From positions 1,364,001 to 1,428,000 of the forward strand of contig OZ361259.1 of assembly GCA_977018835.1 (NCBI GenBank): a DNA stretch of 64,000 bases, given 5' to 3'. Position 1 is the stretch's first letter; each line of letters opens with the position of its first letter. Under the pieces are notes generated by a model. It searched no databases. It was not told the DNA's origin and saw only the letters and a list, made by a program, of their open reading frames with translations. Both the position numbers and the translations under genes were made by a program. Origin of the DNA: Minutocellus sp. GHC0000111. Lineage: Eukaryota. This document shows positions 56,856-64,000 of the stretch, piece by piece.

Positions 56856-59800
56856 ATGTCGCACGCCCACGACGAGTACATTGACTACTCGTGCTCCACG
56901 TCCGTGGAACGATTGGCACGCGACGTGGAGACCCTACTGCGCAAATGGCATGTCGCCGATGGGTCCGATCGGCACGTGTCGTTCGCCTCGTCGTCCTCGT
57001 CGCACGGTGGCAGCAGCCGCGTGGCATCGAGGCAGACCAGTCGAGTTGGTGCTGTTTCAGATAAGTCCAAAAATGGTGACAATAGCATGGAGGGCAGCGA
57101 AGGCGATACCAGGAAGATGTCGATTCGTGACGATCAGATGGACTTACAGGACAACCATGCCACTTGTGATGATGATAACGGTGCAGTCCGGCTCATCCGA
57201 TCGGAGGATGTGACGCTGGCGTCCTTCCCCTTGCCCTGCCCTCTGCACGAGGGCGATCATCACAAAATGATACAGACTGGATTTGGTATTGGGAGTGCAT
57301 CGAATCGAGTGGATGTTACATTGACGCTGTCGCTTTGGGACGGCCCGCTGAGGAATTTGGACAATGCGAGCAGTGGTGAGAATGACGAGAATAAACCATG
57401 GTCGTCGTCGCTTCCACCATTGCCATTGTCATTGATGGACCGATACGATCCCCACGGAGGCGTCACGCCACCATCAATTACATCAGATCTTTGTGCTCTA
57501 CTTGGTGTTGGACAGCATATCACGCTCAGACCCAAAGAGGTCGCAAAGGATGGCTCAGCACCAACAGATCTCAATGCCGAGGCAGCAATGCTCCTTCAAT
57601 CGGTTGTTCTGGCAAGGGTCAAGTCTCGTCCATCGACAAAGAATGACAAGCAAGGCAAACGCAGCAAGGTGAAATCTGCATTGCAGGTCTTCAACAAGGA
57701 CAAGGGCGCATCATCCGAAGACATATGGACCATCTGCATGGATCGGCGACCCTGTGTTCGTTGCTCCAAACAGCTCTCAATTTGGCAATATCGGCATGCG
57801 ATTGTCGCATCCCTTCGTTTGGCCTTTGGACGTCGTATGATCCTCAAAAATGGAGAAATGGTGCAAATGGAATCGCCGTTGGTGATGAACAATTTTGTAT
57901 TCCATTGTGGCTTGCAGGGGGGTGGGCTGCGATGGAGGAACAGGCCGACTATCAGCAAGTTTCAGTGTCAATGACGAACCCGCTGGCACTTCGGTCTGTC
58001 CACTTTCCATCGAAATTGCCCAATGAATTGTTGGCGCACCAAATACCACCGATTCTTTCAGGAAGATGCCACCCTGGACCGCGGTTGGGCTCGGCCTGCG
58101 GTAGTTTTTCGGTATATGCTATCCCACCGGGATTGAAGGGGGCTGAACATTTGGGTACTCTGCATGGCCTGGCTTACTTGTTGCTGGAGAACATCTCGTA
58201 TTGTCAGAGTAATTCCAGAACTGTCCAGGTTATTGGTGCTCGTCATAGGTATCGACGGGACAGAGTCACTCCTGCTGCGGGAGACCGAAAACGAAAGTGG
58301 TCGTCTGAAGATGAGGAAGAGGCATTGTCGCTTTGGAGACTCTCGTCAAATGATGTTGTCAATTCCGATGGCGACTCGCATCCTCTCGACGGTGATTCTC
58401 TTGCAATCATTGACTACCGACGATCATGCGAAGCTCATGTCACTCAATTACTCGAACGGGCGGCTGTTTTGGGAATGGGCGATAAACAAGGGAATCAGCA
58501 CGACGATGACCATGGATTGACATATCCCGAAACTTTGGGGACCCGATGTTGACCCTGTTGTCGCCACTTTTGCAGCTGCTACTTGGAATGGCATCTTATC
58601 TCCGATGAAAGATGAACTCGAATCGACCGATACCCCGGTATCCAACGCGCCTTTGCCATTATTGTCTCTCCCTCTAAAGACTCGGTCCTCTCATCGAACG
58701 AGTTTGGCCGACATGAGGGAGATGGAAAGCTCTCTTTTGAGCACTTTGTTTGATCCCCGAAGTGTTCGTCCCGGTGCCTTTGAAGTCGGCGCATCTTTTG
58801 ATATTGTTTCGCCGTGCACAAAGCTGAGTGCGGCGAATCGATGCCTCTTGGCCGGACTACTCAAAGTTGCTAATCTTGATGACGAGACGTTAGTGGGCCA
58901 CATCGTTCAACGCACAGTGCAAGACGAGCTTCACAAATGGGAGACGGAACTAGATAAGGCTGGCCAGAATCCCGCAAGGGTTCTCATGGATCGGGCTCGG
59001 GTCGGTGGTGCTACAAGGCAGCTTTTTGATGTCATGGATTGGAAATCAATGGCAAATGCCAAACGGAGTCATCTGGAGGACGATGTTGAAGCCGCGCTGA
59101 GTGTTGCTCTATCCGGCGGCTCGATTCTGGATGGCGGTACTCCCTTCCCTAGTCCTCCCGTCGGGATATTTCGCTCCGACATATTTGACGATGGCAGTGA
59201 TCCGTCCAATGATTGTGCTTTGGATCTATCTGCCTTTGGATCGGCACCACCAGGACGTCTCTTGTCGGTCTTCTTTGCTTCGATTGCATCGCTACGGACG
59301 CCGTCTGCAATGGCGGCTGCCTGGCTTGCCCTGGTCGACGAACTTAGGTCAAGGTGGGACGAGAGAGAAAGTCTACCCAATCTCGGTGTCGTTCCTGGTA
59401 TCGAAAATGCCACAAATGAATTTGTGACGAGAAGGAAGGTGGCAGAACAGTCGGGAAGCAGTCGGCTGAGCAAATTCATTTCTCCTCCGATTGGTCGTCA
59501 GCTTGGTAGCCGGGCGCTCTGCGCTGCTTTTGTTCACAGCTCAGAACCAGAGCCGGACTTGCATAATTGTCTCATCGCCCAAAAGCTCCAAATCTTCAAT
59601 ATCTGTGTCGAATGTGCCATTGCTGCAGAGTCTGGGCCGATGGATATGGACGTTGATATTACGGAAAATCCAAGCGACGAATTCTACGATGCCGTCAACA
59701 ACGACGATGACGATGACGCCCGCCAAGGTCTGAATAATTCTTTTCAAGTCGACGAGAGGATTGCCGGAAGGAAAGGTGTTCGATGTCCAGTGCATGGCGT

Positions 59801-60947
59801 TTCGTTGATCAAGACTGGCGATCAACTTTACGCGCCGTATCTCCAACGAACTGAACCGATGAGCCGAGATGAGCTCATTCAACGTCGGGCCCTCCTCGCC
59901 GAGGCCTCAACCTCACCCAGCGGTGAAAGGTATTCAATTCAGGACCGTCTCGAGGTAGCCCACCGACTCCAAAAGGCCAAGTTGTCGAGTGACATGAGCT
60001 CCTTCAAGGCCGCCAATCCTGGTGCTTGTCTCGAAGACTTCTCTGCGTGGTACGGCAACCCCGATAATCCCCTCGACGAATATACAGAGGGCAAGCGCAA
60101 TGCACCACCATCTCCACGTGCTAAGTCTACATCATTTTCGGGCAGCACTAGTAATAGCAAGGAGAAACTCGAGAAAGCGTCGGAGGCCATTCATGCTCTG
60201 ACGGCGATGAGAAACTTTTGGTATGAGACCTGGGAGAAGGCGCCCCCGCTGGCCGCGTCGGAGCAGGAGCCGCTTTTCGACCCGGAGGTCGCGGCGGCGG
60301 TCGCGATGCACGCTATGGAAACAATACATCCAGCGAATCTTTTGAATCAAGTCCTTGCCGTCAACCTTTCGGCGGCCGTCTTTGTGTTGCATTCAGAGGC
60401 CGGGGCTACTCGTCAGATTCCTGCCGTGCGAAATGCCCTACAAAAGCTTGGAGATTTGGTCGAAGCGGCGCTTCTTGACCTCATGGACGATCGCAGTGGG
60501 CGGCAGGTTGGAAAAGGAGATGCAAATCAGGGCGAGTCGATGGATGATGTCGAAAAATATGTTTCCGTCGAAACAGTAGCGTCCTGTGAAGAGGCGTGCA
60601 ATGCCATCGGGGAGGCCGAGGTGGTCGTCTCCCGAGCTATGAGTTTGCTGTCTAAATTCCCCGGGCGGTACTCTTTGATTGAGGATATCCTTGTAAAAAG
60701 TCAGCGCGTGGCTGTGGTGGATGATGATGACGCGAGGGCGAACGTAATGGAACTGATCCTGTCGCAGAAAAGACGACAAGATGCTGCCTCTGATAATGTT
60801 CCGACTCCGTCTGCGGAAGAATATGTGCTGCGCAGCATGTCCGACCGTCGGCATACGCGTTGTCAGCTCACGGCGCGTCTTGGAAATGGACAGCGAATAA
60901 ATCAATGTAGTCTCCTTATTGCCTTATCCCGATGTGATAGATCGTAG
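56856..60947 (+). pseudogene. RAB3GAP1: Rab3 GTPase-activating protein catalytic subunit-like, with frame breaks at ~57722 and ~58530
   Basis: DYSCSTSVERLARDVE..LRKW, LWGPDVDP, CLIAQKLQIFNIC, LYAPYLQ and LSSDMSSFKAANPGACLEDF..WY. Confidence 0.8.
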
Positions 60948-61422
60948 AGGGTGAAGTCATTGGACTGAGGATTGTTGACCGAGTACCACTTGATGGGCCG
61001 TCTTGGTGCGCTGCCGCGAGTCGCCGCCGGAGAAGGGCGCTGCATCATCGGGCTCGTCGGGTGCCTCGCGGAACCCTCCGTGGTATCCCTCAGCAGCCTC
61101 CCTCTCTCGGCGCTTCGTCACTGTCACGCACCCTACGCACCCTCGGATGAAGCAGAATCCAAGTGTTGCCTACATTACTTGGATACGTGGATGTCAGAGA
61201 GACTCCTCGCAAATGATTTGTGCATCCACGTATTTATTGGTAATTGAGCTTTGACGGTTCTTCTCAAGGGCAAGAAGTGATTAGGGTAGGAGGAGAAGAC
61301 GACGGACGAGTTGGTCTTGATATTCCCCCATCCACAATGGTGTCAACAAAATTCGCAAAAGTAAGCATCGATATCCCAGACTTGCGATGCTTTATTTTAT
61401 TGATATCTATCCAATAAAATGT

Positions 61423-62496
61423 TTAGAGTGGCAAGGTGGAAACAATACGAACTCTATAGACGCCGCCCCACTCGTGCGCAACGTATTCCTTCAGATCGTA
61501 GATGCCACCGGTCGCCTCATCGTTGTCATAGACTTTGCCATTGGCTATTCCGATGTATTTACCCAAAGCCCCGACGTGATGTTTGCTGTAAAAGTCAACA
61601 ATGAGCATGTGGCCCTTGGACGCCAAATCAAGGACGGCCTCTTGGCGAAGGAGTGGGTGCGCACTGCCAAAAGGTGTTCCGCACTCTAATTTCTTGATCC
61701 GAAGAATCTCGAGGCGACCCCTTCCCCTCTGAGTATTGATGATCGCGCTCAGAGCCATTATGTCGATTATGGCATCGACATTGTCACGCGCCAACTGCAA
61801 GTCCTTGGCAAGAGATTCGCTGTAGAATTGGGGGATGGCGTCACATACCATGTTGGTCAGGGCATCGACGGCGCTGACGTCGATATCGCCCGTGGTGAAA
61901 ACAGAACCTAGAGGTTTCAGAGATGTCGACGTAGGAAGCGATCGGTCGATCCGTTGAGGTACACCCCTTCGGTATGTTCCCCCGGCCTTGGAAGCCCCAG
62001 CGAGCACCGCCGAAATAGCTCGCGTATATCCTTTCTCCTTGAGACTGATAATTTCGACATCAGATAGTGGCACATACGGACCATGCTGCGTGATCTGCGC
62101 AAATAATTGAAACGAAGAGCCATCCATCTCTGCTTTCATTGCAAGTATGGGAGTATCACCGGTGATTACTTGAGTGGCGACAGTCTTGCCACCTGAATTA
62201 GACTTGATTTCAGCGCCATTACTTGCATTCGCATCGTCCTCGGCAGGTGGCTTCTTTTCTGCATCCAGGGCACTACCAGTGGGAGCATAATTACATTCTT
62301 CATTCGTTTTGAGACGTTTGTGAATTAGACTTGGTGGAGAGGATCCGCCTGAAGATGGCAGAGTGGGATTCGATGATCTCTTGCGCAATGGAATAGACGG
62401 ATGCATTGGGGAGCTAGTTGTCGTGTCGATGACATCAGCGGCCGGTGATGCGTCCTCAAGGAGAGGGATGGGATTGGTGGAATTGTTGTGGGCCAT
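61423..62496 (-). CDS. Hypothetical protein (~357 aa)
   Basis: Long ORF (frame open to 62619); CCACC-ATG at 62496; no family recognised. Confidence 0.55.
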   Translation of the reverse strand: MAHNNSTNPIPLLEDASPAADVIDTTTSSPMHPSIPLRKRSSNPTLPSSGGSSPPSLIHKRLKTNEECNYAPTGSALDAEKKPPAEDDANASNGAEIKSNSGGKTVATQVITGDTPILAMKAEMDGSSFQLFAQITQHGPYVPLSDVEIISLKEKGYTRAISAVLAGASKAGGTYRRGVPQRIDRSLPTSTSLKPLGSVFTTGDIDVSAVDALTNMVCDAIPQFYSESLAKDLQLARDNVDAIIDIMALSAIINTQRGRGRLEILRIKKLECGTPFGSAHPLLRQEAVLDLASKGHMLIVDFYSKHHVGALGKYIGIANGKVYDNDEATGGIYDLKEYVAHEWGGVYRVRIVSTLPL

Positions 62497-62799
62497 GGTG
62501 GAATGCGGGGGCGGATAGGCTTGTTGGTAATTGCTCGAGTGGAGTGTGGAGTGGAGTTCTGAATGCTCTGAATGCTGGAGTGGCCGTTGATGCTCGTGAC
62601 GCGACGTGACGACTGGCATTGATATTATCTATCAATCCGTAAATGGGCAACTAGCATTAACCCTACCCCAAAAAGTGAGCATCACATCGACACGTCGCAC
62701 GACATTGATCGATCGAGTGCGATCGTAGAGCAACGAGATAATACGCTCGTAGTAGAGTAGTCTACTGCACTGCCTACTGCACTGCGAAACAAAGCAACC

Positions 62800-64000
62800 A
62801 TGCTCAACCACATAGGGGGCGCAATCATTGGGGCTGTTGGTGCAGTTGCGGGAGCTGTTCTCGGAGGTGGCGGAGCAAACAACGAACAGGACGGGCAGAA
62901 CGATCGACACCAGGTCCAAGGCAATGGCGGCCCTCCTAATGCAACATCCTCTTGCAACGACGCTCCACCCAACCCTGATGCCAGTGTGTTGAACCCTGCC
63001 TACGTCCTCACCAGTAGCGTTTCCGAACAGCTTGGAATGAACAACGAGAACAACGAGGCCCCGCAGCAGGAGAAGGAGCAGTCAGAGGAGGGCCCCATCG
63101 TTCAACAGCAGGATGAAGAGGAAGAGGAGGACAACAGCAACGAGGAGAAACAAGCGCCGCATCCTCTCTTTAATACGAAAGCAGATCGAATGCCTTATGC
63201 ACCAGGCCAACAACCGATTCTTGGCGACAGTACCTTAGATAGGCTGCAATTGCCTGCTGCTGAAAATACTACTCGAGACGGCACGACTCTCGTTTCGGAG
63301 GAAACTACCGAGGCATCGGGTCGGGGATACAGTTCGGGCGAGGAAAGCTCGCCCTTTTGGTCTTCTTTCGAGAGTTCCGCCGACGACAATTTCGGTGGCG
63401 GAACCGACGCTTCAACGCTACCACCAATTACTGCCGCTAATTCGACTCACATTCATAGGGCATCCATCGCGAGCCCCAATTTTGAGCTCGACGAGAGAAG
63501 GAATGCGAAGCCCAATCTAGAGAAATCGACCTCAGTGGATGGTACCGGCTTGGGTTACAACGAATCGTCTAACATTGCCAATAGTCCAAACGCTGAGGAG
63601 GAGCAATTCCCCGCCGAGGATGATTCTCTGCTCACAGATTCAGATACCGGTGGCGACACTACCGAGTCAGTCAATGTTGAGACTGATCTTGAGACTTCAA
63701 CGAGTACATGTACCACTAGAAGTGGAAGGAACTATGCGTCGACTAGTACTATTGTGCGATCTACAGCCAAGCGCAAGATCGCTCAAGAACAAACGTCCCA
63801 AAGAGAGGCTACCGCAAAGCGTCGCAAAGCCAGCGACCAGTCCCAGCAAGCTTCCATCCTGAGCTCCGACCTTACAACGCCAGTTTTTGCGGTAAAAGCA
63901 ACACACAATGCATCCGCCGAGGAGTTCACCGTCAAGATTCAAACCGTTTATTTGGGCCATACCAAGAAGCATCAGACGAGGATATCATCACTCTGCGAAA
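62800..64000 (+). CDS. Acidic/disordered hypothetical protein, open to window end (not in the ORF track)
   Basis: ACC-ATG MLNHIGGAIIGAVGAVAG...; 400 codons without a stop, read by hand. Confidence 0.65.
   Translation, partial: MLNHIGGAIIGAVGAVAGAVLGGGGANNEQDGQNDRHQVQGNGGPPNATSSCNDAPPNPDASVLNPAYVLTSSVSEQLGMNNENNEAPQQEKEQSEEGPIVQQQDEEEEEDNSNEEKQAPHPLFNTKADRMPYAPGQQPILGDSTLDRLQLPAAENTTRDGTTLVSEETTEASGRGYSSGEESSPFWSSFESSADDNFGGGTDASTLPPITAANSTHIHRASIASPNFELDERRNAKPNLEKSTSVDGTGLGYNESSNIANSPNAEEEQFPAEDDSLLTDSDTGGDTTESVNVETDLETSTSTCTTRSGRNYASTSTIVRSTAKRKIAQEQTSQREATAKRRKASDQSQQASILSSDLTTPVFAVKATHNASAEEFTVKIQTVYLGHTKKHQTRISSLCE

Overview
Gene-dense eukaryotic nuclear DNA, most likely a diatom or close ochrophyte. 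Evidence: short GT-AG introns, signal peptide + 'F' plastid-targeting starts, a diatom-type cyclin, and Zn-finger/Sel1 and LNR families. No rRNA, tRNA, CRISPR or recognisable transposase was seen. The left 28.3 kb is a near-identical complex rearrangement, A-B-C-A'-C. A (1-2110, running off the left edge) recurs inverted at 13155-15264, and C (3066-13154, 8 genes) recurs directly at 18221-28310. Both junctions create chimeric genes: a C-terminally truncated sulfotransferase, and a Sel1-gene 5' end fused in frame to an LRR gene. Block C carries a cyclin near two head-to-head pairs of small uncharacterised paralogues; a third related pair lies at 43-44.7 kb. Several of these proteins share a Met-Cys start and an RRR(P)SPT motif, and their spacers share GGCCT repeats. 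This is the best candidate here for an undescribed regulatory module, but that is inference. The rest holds an LNR membrane-protein cluster, glycosyltransferases, an MFS transporter, a DTW enzyme, a GST-N/glutaredoxin protein, RAB3GAP1, and a gene-free 3.5 kb tract with a decayed ~175-bp tandem array. Many otherwise conserved genes carry frameshifts or stops; sequence alone cannot separate real decay from consensus error. Family assignments come from motif recognition, not database searches.
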